DNA of 64,000 nucleotides from Eledone cirrhosa (taxonomy: Eukaryota), in the NCBI GenBank assembly GCA_964016885.1, contig OZ024741.1:13640001-13704000 (forward strand), written 5' to 3'. Below the pieces are notes generated by a model, which worked only from the letters and a program-made list of their open reading frames with translations, had not been told where the DNA came from and did no database searches. Numbering within the stretch: position 1 is the first letter of the stretch; each line of letters begins with the position of its first letter. The position numbers and the translations under genes are program-made. Of this stretch, positions 9,142 to 22,100 are shown one piece after another.

Positions 9142-12100
9142 ACTGACTTGGTCTGTCACAACCCACCTGACCACACTGACTTGGTCTGTCACAACCCACC
9201 TGACCACACTGACTTGGTCTGTCACAACCCACCTGACCACACTGACTTGGTCTGTCACAACCCACCTGACCACACTGACTTGGTCTGTCACAACCCACCT
9301 GACCACACTGACTTGGTCTGTCACAACCCACCTGACCACACTGACTTGGTCTGTCACAACCCACCTGACTCACTGACTTGGTCTGTCACAACCCACCTGA
9401 CTCACTGACTTGGTCTGTCACAACCCACCTGACCACACTGACTTGGTCTGTCACAACCCACCTGACCACACTGACTTGGTCTGTCACAACCCACCTGACC
9501 ACACTGACTTGGTCTGTCACAACCCACCTGACTCACTGACTTGGTCTGTCACAACCCACCTGACTCACTGACTTGGTCTGTCACAACCCACCTGACTCAC
9601 TGACTTGGTCTGTCACAACCCACCTGACCACACTGACTTGGTCTGTCACAACCCACCTGACTCACTGACTTGGTCTGTCACAACCCACCTGACCACACTG
9701 ACTTGGTCTGTCACAACCCAGCTGACCACACTGACTTGGTCTGTCACAACCCACCTGACTCACTGACTTGGTCTGTCACAACCCACCTGACTCACTGACT
9801 TGGTCTGTCACAACCCACCTGACCACACTGACTTCGTCTGTCACAACCCACCTGACTCACTGACTTGGTCTGTCACAACCCACCTGACTCACTGACTTGG
9901 TCTGTCACAACCCCCCATGACTCACTGACTTGGTCTGTCACAACCCACCTGACCACACTGACTTGGTCTGTCACAACCCACCTGACTCACTGACTTGGTC
10001 TGTCACAACCCACCTGACCACACTGACTTGGTCAGTCACAACCCACCTGACCACACTGACTTGGTCTGTCACAACGGATCTGACCACACTGACTTGGTCT
10101 GTCACAACCCACCTGACCACACTGACTTGGTCTGTCACAACCCACCTGACCACACTGACTTGGTCTGTCACAACCCACCTGACTCACTGACTTGGTCTGT
10201 CACAACCCACCTGACCACACTGACTTGGTCTGTCACAACCCACCTGACCACACTGACTTGGTCTGTCACAACCCACCTGACCACACTGACTTGGTCTGTC
10301 ACAACCCACCTGACCACACTGACTTGGTCTGTCACAACCAACCTGACTCACTGACTTGGTCTGTCACAACTCACCTGACTCACTGACTTGGTCTGTCACA
10401 ACCCACCTGACTCACTGACTTGGTCTGTCACAACCGATCTGACCACACTGACTTGGTCTGTCACAACCCACCTGACCACACTGACTTGGTCTGTCACAAC
10501 GGATCTGACCCCACTGACTTGGTCTGTCAAAACCCACCTGACCACACTGACTTGGTCTGTCACAACCCACCTGACCACACTGACTTGGTCTGTCACAACC
10601 CACCTGACTCACTGACTTGGTCTGTCACAACCCACCTGACCATACTGACTTGGTCTGTCACAACCCACCTGACCACACTGACTTGGTCTGTCACAACTCA
10701 CCTGACTCACTGACTTGGTCTGTCACAACCGATCTGACCACACTGACTTGGTCTTTCACAACCCACCTGACCACACTGACTTGGTCTGTCACAACCCACC
10801 TGACCACACTGACTTGGTCTGTCACAACGGATCTGACCCCACTGACTTGGTCTGTCACAACCCACCTGACTCACTGACTTGGTCTGTCACAACCCACCTG
10901 ACCATACTGACTTGGTCTATCACAACCGACCTGGCCACACTGACTTGGTCTGTCACAACCCACCTGACCACACTGACTTGGTCTGTCACAACCCACCTGA
11001 CCACACTGACTTGGTCTGTCACAACGGATCTGACCCCACTGACTTGGTCTGTCACAACCCACCTGACCATACTGACTTGGTCTGTCACAACGGATCTGAC
11101 CCCACTGACTTGGTCTGTCACAACCCACCTGACCACACTGACTTGGTCTGTCACAACCCACCTGACCACACTGACTTGGTCTGTCACAACCCACCTGACT
11201 CACTGACTTGGTCTGTCACAACCCACCTGACCATACTGACTTGGTCTGTCACAACCCACATGACCACACTGACTTCGTCTGTCACAAACCACCTGACTCA
11301 CTGACTTTGTCTGTCACAACCCACCTGACCACACTGACTTGGTCTGTCACAACCCACCTGACCACACTGACTTGGTCTGTCACAACCCACCTGACCACAC
11401 TGACTTGGTCTGTCACAACCGATCTGACCACACTGACTTGGTCTGTCACAACCCACCTGACTCACTGACTTGGTCTGTCACAACCGATCTGACCACACTG
11501 ACTTGGTCTGTCACAACCCACCTGACCATACTGACTTGGTCTATCACAACCGACCTGACCACACTGACTTGGTCTGTCACAACCCACCTGACTCACTGAC
11601 TTGGTCTGTCACAACCCACCTGACCACACTGACTTGGTCTGTCACAACCCACCTGACTCACTGACTTGGTCTGTCACAACTCACCTGACCATACTGACTT
11701 GGTCTATCACAACCGACCTGACCACACTGACTTGGTCTGTCACAACCCACCTGACTCACTGACTTCGTCTGTCACAACCCACCTGACAACACTGACTTGG
11801 TCTGTCACAACCCACCTGACTCACTGACTTTGTCTGTCACAACCCACCTGACCACACTGACTTGGTCTGTCACAACCCACCTGACCACACTGACTTGGTC
11901 TGTCACAACCCACCTGACTCACTGACTTGGTCTGTCACAACCCACCTGACCACACTGACTTGGTCTGTCACAACCCACCTGACTCACTGACTTGGTCTGT
12001 CACAACCCTCCTGACCACACTGACTTGGTCTGTCACAACCCACCTGACCATACTGACTTGGTCTATCACAACCGACCTGACCACACTGACTTGGTCTGTC

Positions 12101-15100
12101 ACAACCCACCTGACTCACTGACTTGGTCTGTCACAACCCACCTGACCACACTGACTTGTTCTGTCACAACCCTCCTGACCACACTGACTTGGTCTGTCAC
12201 AACCCACCTGACCACACTGACTTGGTCTGTCACAACCCACCTGACCACACTGACTTCGTCTGTCACAACCCACCTGACCACACTGACGTCGTCTGTCACA
12301 ACCCACCTGACCACACTGATTTGGTCTGTCACAACCCACCTGACCACACTGACTTGGTCTGTCACAACCCACCTGACTCACTGACTTGGTCTGTCACAAC
12401 CGACCTGACCACACTGACTTGGTCTGTCACAACCCACCTGACTCACTGACTTGGTCTGTCACAACCGACCTGACCACACTGACTTGGTCTGTCACAACCC
12501 ACCTGACTCACTGACTTGGTCTGTCACAACCCACCTGACCACACTGACTTGGTCTGTCACAACCCACCTGACTCACTGACTTGGTCTGTCACAACCCACC
12601 TGACCACACTGACTTGGTCTGTCACAACGGATCTGACCACACTGACTTGGTCTGTCACAATCCACCTGACCACACTGACTTGGTCAGTCACAACCCACCT
12701 GACCACACTGACTTGGTCTGTCACAACCCACCTGACTCACTGACTTGGTCTGTCACAACCCACCTGACTCACTGACCTGGTCTGTCATAACCGACCTGAC
12801 CACACTGACTTGGTCTGTCACAACCCACCTGACTCACTGACTTGGTCTGTCACAACCGACCTGACCACACTGACTTGGTCTGTCACAACCCACCTGACTC
12901 ACTGATTTGGTCTGTCACAACCCACCTGACCACACTGACTTGGTCTGTCACAACCCACCTGACTCACTGACTTGGTCTGTCACAACCCACCTGACAACAC
13001 TGACTTGGTCTGTCACAACCCACCTGACTCACTGACTTTGTCTGTCACAACCCACCTGACCACACTGACTTGGTCTGTCACAACCCACCTGACCACACTG
13101 ACTTGGTCTGTCACAACCCACCTGACTCACTGACTTGGTCTGTCACAACCCACCTGACCACACTGACTTGGTCTGTCACAACCCACCTGACTCACTGACT
13201 TGGTCTGTCACAACCCACCTGACCACACTGACTTGTTCTGTCACAACCCTCCTGACCTCACTGACTTGGTCTGTCACAACCCACCTGACCATACTGACTT
13301 GGCCTATCACAACCGACCTGACCACACTGACTTGGTCTGTCACAACCCACCTGACTCACTCACTTGGTCTGTCACAACCCACCTAACCACACTGACTTGT
13401 TCTGTCACAACCCTCCTGACCACACTGACTTGGTCTGTCACAACCCACCTGACCACACTGACTTGGTCTGTCACAACCCACCTGACCACACTGACTTGGT
13501 CTGTCACAACCCACCTGACCACACTGACTTCGTCTGTCACAACCCACCTGACCACACTGATTTGGTCTGTCACAACCCACCTGACCACACTGACTTGGTC
13601 TGTCACAACCCACCTGACTCACTGACTTGGTCTGTCACAACCGACCTGATCACACTGACTTGGTCTGTCACAACCCACCTGACTCACTGACTTGGTCTGT
13701 CACAACCCACCTGACCACACTGACTTGGTCTGTCACAACCCACCTGACTCACTGACTTGGTCTGTCACAACCCACATGACCACACTGACTTGGTCTGTCA
13801 CAACCCACCTGACTCACTGACTTGGTCTGTCACAACCCACCTGACCACACTGACTTGGTCTGTCACAACCGATCTGACCACACTGACTTGGTCTGTCACA
13901 ACCCACCTGACCACACTGACTTGGTCTGTCACAACCCACCTGACAACACTGACTTGGTCTGTCACAACCCACCTGACCACACTGACTTGGTCTGTCACAA
14001 CCCACCTGACTCACTGACTTGGTCTGTCACAACCGACCTGACCACACTGACTTGGTCTGTCACAACCCACCTGACTCACTGACTTGGTCTGTCACAACCG
14101 ACCTGACCACACTGACTTGGTCTGTCACAACCCACCTGACTCACTGACTTGGTCTGTCACAACCCACCTGACCACACTGACTTGGTTTGTCACAACCCAC
14201 CTGACTCACTGACTTGGTCTGTCACAACCCACCTGACCACACTGACTTGGTCTGTCACAACGGATCTGACCACACTGACTTGGTCTGTCACAACCCACTT
14301 GACCACACTGACTTGGTCAGTCACAACCCACCTGACCACACTGACTTGGTCTGTCACAACCCACCTGACTCACTGACTTGGTCTGTCACAACCCACCTGA
14401 CCACACTGACTTGGTCTGTCACAACGGATCTGACCACACTGACTTGGTCTGTCACAACCCACCTGACCACACTGACTTGGTCTGTCACAACCCACCTGAC
14501 CACACTGACTTCGTCTGTCACAACCCACCTGACCACACTGACTTCGTCTGTCACAACCCACCTGACCACACTGACTTGGTCTGTTACAACCCACCTGACC
14601 ACACTGACTTGGTCTGTCACAACCCACCTGACTCACTGACTTGGTCTGTCACAACCGACCTGACCACACTGACTTGGTCTGTCACAACCGATCTGAGCAC
14701 ACTGACTTGGTCTGTCACAACCCACCTGACCACACTGACTTGGTCTGTCACAACCCACCTGACTCACTGACTTGGTCTGTCACAACCCACCTGACCACAC
14801 TGACTTGGTCTGTCACAACCGATCTGACCACACTGACTTGGTCTGTCACAACCCACCTGACTCACTGACTTGGTCTGTCACAACCGATCTGACCACACTG
14901 ACTTGGTCTGTCACAACCGATCTGACCACACTGACTTGGTCTGTCACAACCCACCTGACCACACTGACTTGGTCTGTCACAACCCACCTGACCACACTGA
15001 CTTGGTCTGTCACAACCCACCTGACCACACTGACTTGGTCTGTCACAACCCACCTGACCACACTGACTTGGTCAGTCACAACCCACCTGACCACACTGAC

Positions 15101-16090
15101 TTGGTCTGTCACAACCGATCTGACCACACTGACTTGGTCTGTCACAACCCACCTGACCACACTGACTTGGTCTGTCACAACCGATCTGACCACACTGACT
15201 TGGTCTGTCACAACCCACCTGACCACACTGACTTGGTCTGTCACAACCGATCTGACCACACTGACTTGGTCTGTCACAACCCACCTGACCACACTGACTT
15301 GGTCTGTCACAACCCACCTGACCACACTGACTTGGTCTGTCACAACCCACCTGACCACACTGACTTGGTCTGTCACAACCCACCTGACCACACTGACTTG
15401 GTCTGTCACAACCCACCTGACCACACTGGCTTGGTCTGTCACAACCCACCTGACTACACTGACTTGGTCTGTCACAACCCACCTGACCACACTGACTTGG
15501 TCTGTCACAACCCACCTGACTCACTGACTTGGTCTGTCACAACCCACCTGACCACACTGACTTGGTCTGTCACAACCCACCTGACCACACTGACTTGGTC
15601 TGTCACAACCCACCTGACTCACTGACTTGGTCTGTCACAACTCACCTGACCACACTGATTTGGTCTGTCACAACCCATCTGACTCACTGACTTGGTCTGT
15701 CATAACCCACCTGACCACACTGACTTGGTCTGTCACAACCCACCTGACTCACTGACTTGGTCTGTCACAACCCACCTGACCACACTGACTTGGTCTGTCA
15801 TAACCCACCTGACCACACTGACTTGGTCTGTCATAACCCACCTGACCACACTGACTTGGTCTGTCACAACCCACCTGACCACACTGACTTGGTCTGTCAC
15901 AACCCACCTGACTCACTGACTTGGTCTGTCACAACCCACCTGACCACACTGACTTGGTCTGTCACAACCCACCTGACCACACTGACTTGGTCTGTCATAA
16001 CCCACCTGACTCACTGACTTGGTCTGTCACAACCCACCTGACCACACAGACTTGGTCTGTCACAACCCACCTGACCACACAGACTTGGTC
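9142..16090. repeat. 33/32-bp dimorphic minisatellite, about 210 copies
   Basis: Unit CACTGACTTGGTCTGTCACAACCCACCTGACCA (33 bp) is interspersed with a 32-bp form ...CCTGACT. Recurrent variants include CGGATCTG, CCGATCTG, CCGACCTG and TTCGTC. Confidence 0.97.
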
Positions 16091-16119
16091 ATGCCTATAG
16101 GTTTACATACAACATTACA

Positions 16120-16364
16120 AAAGTGGTTGTGGAGGTGCCACGGCAAAAAAGCACCCAGCCCACACTGTAAAGTGGACGTGTAGGCACCACAGAAAAAAGC
16201 ACCCAGCACTCACTGTAAATGAGGTTGGTGTTAGGAAGGGCATCCAGCTTTAGAAATCACGCCAGAATCAGTTCTTGTATCAGCAACACAATGTCAGCCG
16301 ACAGGACAACCCGTCTAACCCATGCTAGCATGGAAGAACAGATATAAAACGGTGATGATGATGA
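16120..16364 (+). mobile_element. SINE 3' part with an internal duplication of about 48 bp
   Basis: AAAAAAGCACCCAGC...CACTGTAAA occurs twice, followed by GGTGTTAGGAAGGGCATCCAGC, CCATGCTAGCATGGAA and a (GAT)n end. Confidence 0.85.
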
Positions 16365-16519
16365 TTACAATATATTGTATAAGACCAGACAATAGGTTGT
16401 ACGCTAGTTTTTCATGTATTTTCATGGAAAAAGGTGTGACACATACTTTCATATATAATAGATATAATTTATATTTATAAAAACTGTAGACTAGTCATGT
16501 TATAGCTGATTACTATTAT

Positions 16520-16750
16520 ATGTGTTAGTGTGTGTCTGTGTATGTGTGTCTGTGTGTGTGTTAATGTGTGTCTGTATATGCGTGTGTGTTAATGTGTCCG
16601 TGTGTGTGTTAGTGTGTGTCTGAATGCGTGTGTGTCTGTATGTGTGTGTGTTAGTGTGTGTCTGTGTATGTGTGTGTGTTAGTATGTGTCTGTGTGTGTG
16701 TTAGTGTGTGTCTGTGTATGCGTGTGTCTTAGTGTTTGTGCACCTGTGTA
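16520..16750. repeat. Compound (GT)n microsatellite
   Basis: GTGTGT runs punctuated by TTAG, CTG and ATGC. Confidence 0.85.
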
Positions 16751-17302
16751 TATGAAAAATATATATATTTATTGCTTACGTTAATTAATGTAGATATTCA
16801 ATGGCCTGCATTTACCATGTGACATGATCATGTGATTAAAAATCCTTCTATATATAATTTAACACTCACTGCACATGTGCAAACATATGCATTTCAGACT
16901 ATTGTTGCACCATTATATAGTTCAACAGATCTGATCATTATCCAAAGATGATAGATCTATCAGATTTCTTTTATATAGACCAGCCACTACCACATACATG
17001 CATATGTATTCATAAACACACACACACACATATAGACTCTCACAGCTACATATCTTGTATGCAAACGCTCGCCTTTTCATGTAAAATATCTCTCACATAG
17101 TCATATATTTTTCTACTCACAGGTTCGCACATATTCAAGCACATATTTACATACATATACATATGTAAACACTCATACATTCACACAAATATATATGTAA
17201 AGACTCATACATACCTACATAGGTACGTACATATTCAAGCACATATTCATATATATACACATGTAAACACTCATACATCCACACAAATATATATGCTCAC
17301 AT

Positions 17303-17512
17303 ATGATGGCTGCCCCCTTGTTATCGAGTATGGCCATTGCACGATATACCATTATTAATAATTATTAATTAATTCTATCGTGCAATACCTGTGCGTGAAG
17401 ATATTTTTTAAAGTGAGGAAAGACTGTGCACTGAGCCAATCCCACTCTGTGAGCGACAGTAGCTATAACCCGAAAATAAGAAAAGATCAACATCATCGGT
17501 AACTACTGAGCC
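17303..17512. mobile_element. Insertion of about 210 bp with an internal hairpin (unclassified retroposon fragment)
   Basis: It interrupts the local repeat and has the inverted repeat ATTGCACGATA (17336-17346) / TATCGTGCAAT (17376-17386) around an AT-rich loop. Family not identified. Confidence 0.4.
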
Positions 17513-17609
17513 GCATACATACATATTCAAGCACATATTCATATATATACACATGTAAGCACTCATACATCCGCACAAATATATCATATAATGAAATGAA
17601 ATGAAAATT

Positions 17610-17797
17610 TAAAATAGAAGCCTTTGCCGTATATTTTGACTAAAGAAATGTTAGCCCAATAGTGGGGTTTAGAACCCTCTAAGAAATGGAAAAAGTTGAG
17701 TATTGACGCCAATACTCATCTTTTTCCATTTCTATTTCTATTTCCGTTTCCATTTCTAATTTCAAACTCGCTCACTGTTTCAAAAACATACTTACTC
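17610..17797. mobile_element. 188-bp insertion in the LINE tail with a 12-bp TSD and a 24-bp hairpin
   Basis: GAAATGAAAATT occurs at 17598-17609 and 17798-17809. Hairpin arms 17682-17705 / 17710-17733 have one mismatch around the loop ACGC. Confidence 0.6.
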
Positions 17798-17985
17798 GAA
17801 ATGAAAATTATTGTGTACAGTGCTCAGGGGCACTACAACTCATCAAAGGTGCATGTATAGTACTTAGAATAATGTATAAATGTGAGGAAAGTGAACAGTG
17901 TATGAGTCATGATATACACACTGACACATGTGTGTTTGTGTATGGAGGGGAAATATCAGGTGTAGTGTTGGCGAATTTCAGGAAG

Positions 17986-18233
17986 CATGGAGGTTTTAAA
18001 GGAAGCAGTGTCTCGACAGCTAACAACTGATGCAGGTAGTTTGTTCCATGGAAGTTTTAAAGGATGCAGTGTCCCGACAGCTAATAACTGATGCAGGTAG
18101 TTTGTTCCATGGAAGTTTTAAAGGATGCAGTGTCCCGACAGCTAACAACTGATGCAGGTAGTTTGTTCCATGGAAGTTTTAAAGGATGCAGTGTCCCGAC
18201 AGCTAACAACTGATGCACGTAGTTTGTTCCATG
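17986..18233. repeat. 61-bp tandem repeat, 4 copies, inside LINE ORF2
   Basis: CATGGAAGTTTTAAAGGATGCAGTGTCCCGACAGCTAACAACTGATGCAGGTAGTTTGTTC starts at 17986, 18047, 18108 and 18169. Confidence 0.95.
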
Positions 18234-18774
18234 CTTCAGCAACTCTGAGCGTGAAAAAATGTTTCCGAAAGTCATGGGAGCTGTGCTGTTTTCTGATTTT
18301 GTAAGCATGTCCACGGGTGTTAGACACATGGAATTCAAAAAGGTGCTCAGGGCTGTTGTTGGCAAGATACTTAATAATCTTGTGAGTGCTTACCAAGCCA
18401 GTTGCCAGATGTCGGAACTTTTAATGTATCCATGCCCAGGGAAGCAAGAGTATGGTAGATGCCTGGTGGAGGGTATTTGTTCGGTTGCACGTCTCTGAAC
18501 AGTTTCCAAGAGATCAATATTCCGAGCCAGATAGCGGTTCCAGACAGGTGATGCAAATTCTAAGTGTTAACACACCATAGCTATATACAGCTTTAAATAT
18601 ATGCTCACACATGCATACCTACATACATATACAAGCACATGTTCATATATACACACATGTAAACACTCATACTTCCACACAAATATATGTTTGTATATAT
18701 CCTCACACATAAACACACATGTATTCACTACTCTGTTTTTCAAGTCCATAACTGTCAGGATGGTATTTTGTTCA

Positions 18775-19110
18775 TGTCTCATCTCAGTCCTGGGGTAGGT
18801 ACTTGATTCTACAGGGTACTCTACTCTACAGGGTACTCTACTCTACATGTCTCATCTCAGTGCTGGAGTAGGTACTTTATTCTACAGGGTACTCTACATG
18901 TCTCATCTCAGTGCTGGGGTATGTACTTTATTATAGAAGGTACACTTCAGTTCATCTTGGTTTAGGGAAGGTACTTAACCCACACCCTACCTCAGTGTTA
19001 GGGGAGGTACTTAACCCACATTGTTGGTGTCGGGGTAAGTATTTTACTCTTCATCCCAGACTTCAATTTAGTATTGGAGGTAGGAAGGTACTTAATCCAT
19101 GCCCCATCTC
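18775..19110. repeat. Diverged proto-monomers of the 36-bp satellite
   Basis: Repeated CATCTCAGTG...GG.AGGTACTT modules of variable length grade into the homogeneous array. Confidence 0.7.
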
Positions 19111-22100
19111 AGTGTCGAGGAAGGGACATAAGCTACACTCTATGTCAGTGTTGAGGAAGGTACTTAAGCTACACTCTATGTCAGTGTCGAGGAAGGGACA
19201 TAAGCTACACTCTATGTCAGTGTTGAGGAAGGTACTTAAGCTACACTCTATGTCAGTGTCGAGGAAGGGACATAAGCTACACTCTATGTCAGTGTTGAGG
19301 AAGGGACATAAGCCATACTCTATGTCAGTGTTGAGGAAGGGACATAAGCCACACTCTATGTCAGTGTTGAGGAAGGGACATAAGCTACACTCTATGTCAA
19401 TGTTGAGGAAGGGACATAAGCTACACTCTATGTCAGTGTCGAGGAATGGACATAAGCCATACTCTATGTCAGTGTTGAGGAAGGGACATAAGCTACACTC
19501 TATGTCAGTGTTGAGGAAGGGACATAAGCTACACTCTATGTCAGTGTTGAGGAAGGGACATAAGCTACACTCTATGTCAGTGTCGAGGAAGGGACATAAG
19601 CTACACTCTATGTCAGTGTGGAGGAAGGGACATAAGCTACACTCTATGTCAGTGTCGAGGAAGGGACATAAGCTAAACTCTATGTCAGTGTCGAGGAAGG
19701 GACATAAGCTACACTCTATGTCAGTGTTGAGGAAGGGACATAAGCTACACTCTATGTCAGTGTGGAGGAAGGGACATAAGCTACACTCTATGTCAGTGTC
19801 GAGGAATGGACATAAGCTACACTCTATGTCAGTGTTGAGGAAAGGGCATAAGCCATACTCTATGTCAGTGTTGAGGAAGGGACATAAGCTACACTCTATG
19901 TCAGTGTCGAGGAAGGGACATAAGCTACACTCTATGTCAGTGTTGAGGAAGGGACATAAGCCATACTCTATGTCAGTGTCGAGGAATGGACATAAGCTAC
20001 ACTCTATGTCAGTGTTGAGGAAAGGGCATAAGCCATACTCTATGTCAGTGTTGAGGAAGGGACATAAGCTACACTCTATGTCAGTGTTGAGGAAGGGACA
20101 TAAGCTACACTCTATGTCAGTGTTGAGGAAGGGACATAAGCTACACTCTATGTCAGTGTGGAGGAAGGGACATAAGCTACACTCTATGTCAGTGTTGAGG
20201 AAGGGACATAAGCCATACTCTATGTCAGTGTCGAGGAAGGGACATAAGCTACACTCTATGTCAGTGTTGAGGAAGGGACATAAGCTACACTCTATGTCAG
20301 TGTGGAGGAAGGGACATAAGCTACACTCTATGTCAGTGTGGAGGAAGGGACATAAGCTACACTCTATGTCAGTGTCGAGGAAGGGACATAAGCTACACTC
20401 TATGTCAGTGTCGAGGAAGGGACATAAGCTACACTCTATGTCAGTGTCGAGGAAGGGACATAAGCCACACTCTATGTCAATGTTGAGGAAGGGACATAAG
20501 CTACACTCTATGTCACTGTTGAGGAAGGGACATAAGCCATACTCTATGTCAGTGTTGAGGAAGGGACATAAGCCATACTCTATGTCAGTGTTGAGGAAGG
20601 GACATAAGCCACACTCTATGTCAGTGTTGAGGAAGGTACTTAAGCTACACTCTATGTCAGTGTCGAGGAAGGGACATAAGCCATACTCTATGTCAGTGTT
20701 GAGGAAGGGACATAAGCTACACTCTATGTCAGTGTTGAGGAAGGGACATAAGCCACACTCTATGTCAATGTTGAGGAAGGGACATAAGCTACACTCTATG
20801 TCAGTGTCGAGGAATGGACATAAGCCATACTCTATGTCAGTGTTGAGGAAGGGACATAAGCTACACTCTATGTCAGTGTTGAGGAAGGGACATAAGCTAC
20901 ACTCTATGTCAGTGTTGAGGAAGGGACATAAGCTACACTCTATGTCAGTGTTGAGGAAGGGACATAAGCCACACTCTATGTCAATGTTGAGGAAGGGACA
21001 TAAGCTACACTCTATGTCAGTGTCGAGGAATGGACATAAGCCACACTCTATGTCAGTGTTGAGGAAGGGACATAAGCTACACTCTATGTCAGTGTTGAGG
21101 AAGGGACATAAGCTACACTCTATGTCAGTGTTGAGGAAGGGACATAAGCCATACTCTATGTCAATGTTGAGGAAGGGACATAAGCTACACTCTATGTCAG
21201 TGTTGAGGAAGGGACATAAGCTACACTCTATGTCAGTGTTGAGGAAGGGACATAAGCTACACTCTATGTCAGTGTTCAGGAAGGGACATAAGCTACACTC
21301 TATGTCAGCGTCGAGGAAGGGACATAAGCTACACTCTATGTCAGTGTCGAGGAATGGACATAAGCCATACTCTATGTCAGTGTTGAGGAAGGGACATAAG
21401 CTACACTCTATGTCAGTGTGGAGGAAGGGACGTAAGCTACACTCTATGTCAGTGTGGAGGAAGGGACATAAGCTACACTCTATGTCAGTGTGGAGGAAGG
21501 GACATAAGCTACACTCTATGTCAGTGTTGAGGAAGGGACATAAGCTACACTCTATGTCAGTGTCGAGGAAGGGACATAAGCTACACTCTATGTCAGTGTC
21601 GAGGAAGGGACATAAGCTACACTCTATGTCAGTGTCGAGGAAGGGACATAAGCTACACTCTATGTCAGTGTCGAGGAAGGGACATAAGCTACACTCTATG
21701 TCAGCGTCGAGGAATGGACATAAGCCATACTCTATGTCAGTGTTGAGGAATGGACATAAGCCATACTCTATGTCAGTGTTGAGGAAGGGACATAAGCTAC
21801 ACTCTATGTCAGTGTGGAGGAAGGGACATAAGCTACACTCTATGTCAGTGTCGAGGAAGGGACATAAGCTACACTCTATGTCAGTGTCGAGGAAGGGACA
21901 TAAGCTACACTCTATGTCAGTGTTGAGGAAGGGACATAAGCTACACTCTATGTCAGTGTCGAGGAAGGGACATAAGCTACACTCTATGTCAGTGTCGAGG
22001 AATGGACATAAGCTACACTCTATGTCAGTGTTGAGGAAGGTACATAAGCTACACTCTATGTCAGTGTCGAGGAATGGACATAAGCCATACTCTATGTCAG

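Larger units (their letters stand above)
17585..18594 (-). mobile_element. 5'-truncated CR1-clade LINE (ORF2 C-terminus plus 3' UTR), degenerate
   Basis: Minus-strand translation gives LKLYIAMVC*HLEFASPVWNRYLARNIDLLETVQRRAT and NTRGHAYKIRKQ...RKHFFTLRVAEAWNKL.ASVVS...SFK, hallmark CR1 ORF2 C-terminal motifs, with a stop and frameshifts. (TTTCA)n tail and 8-bp target duplication AAATATAT (17577-17584 / 18595-18602). Confidence 0.9.
17127..18690. repeat. Old CA/TA-rich local repeat of about 70-100 bp, 4 copies, split by insertions
   Basis: ACATATTCAAGCACATATT...TGTAAACACTCATACAT.CACACAAATATAT occurs at about 17129, 17229, 17521 and 18624. Confidence 0.7.

Noticed and set aside
9115-16017. Cys/His-containing repeat ORFs (possible metal-binding or zinc-finger-like)
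   Set aside because: The frame shifts at every 32-bp unit and the spacing does not match C2H2 fingers.
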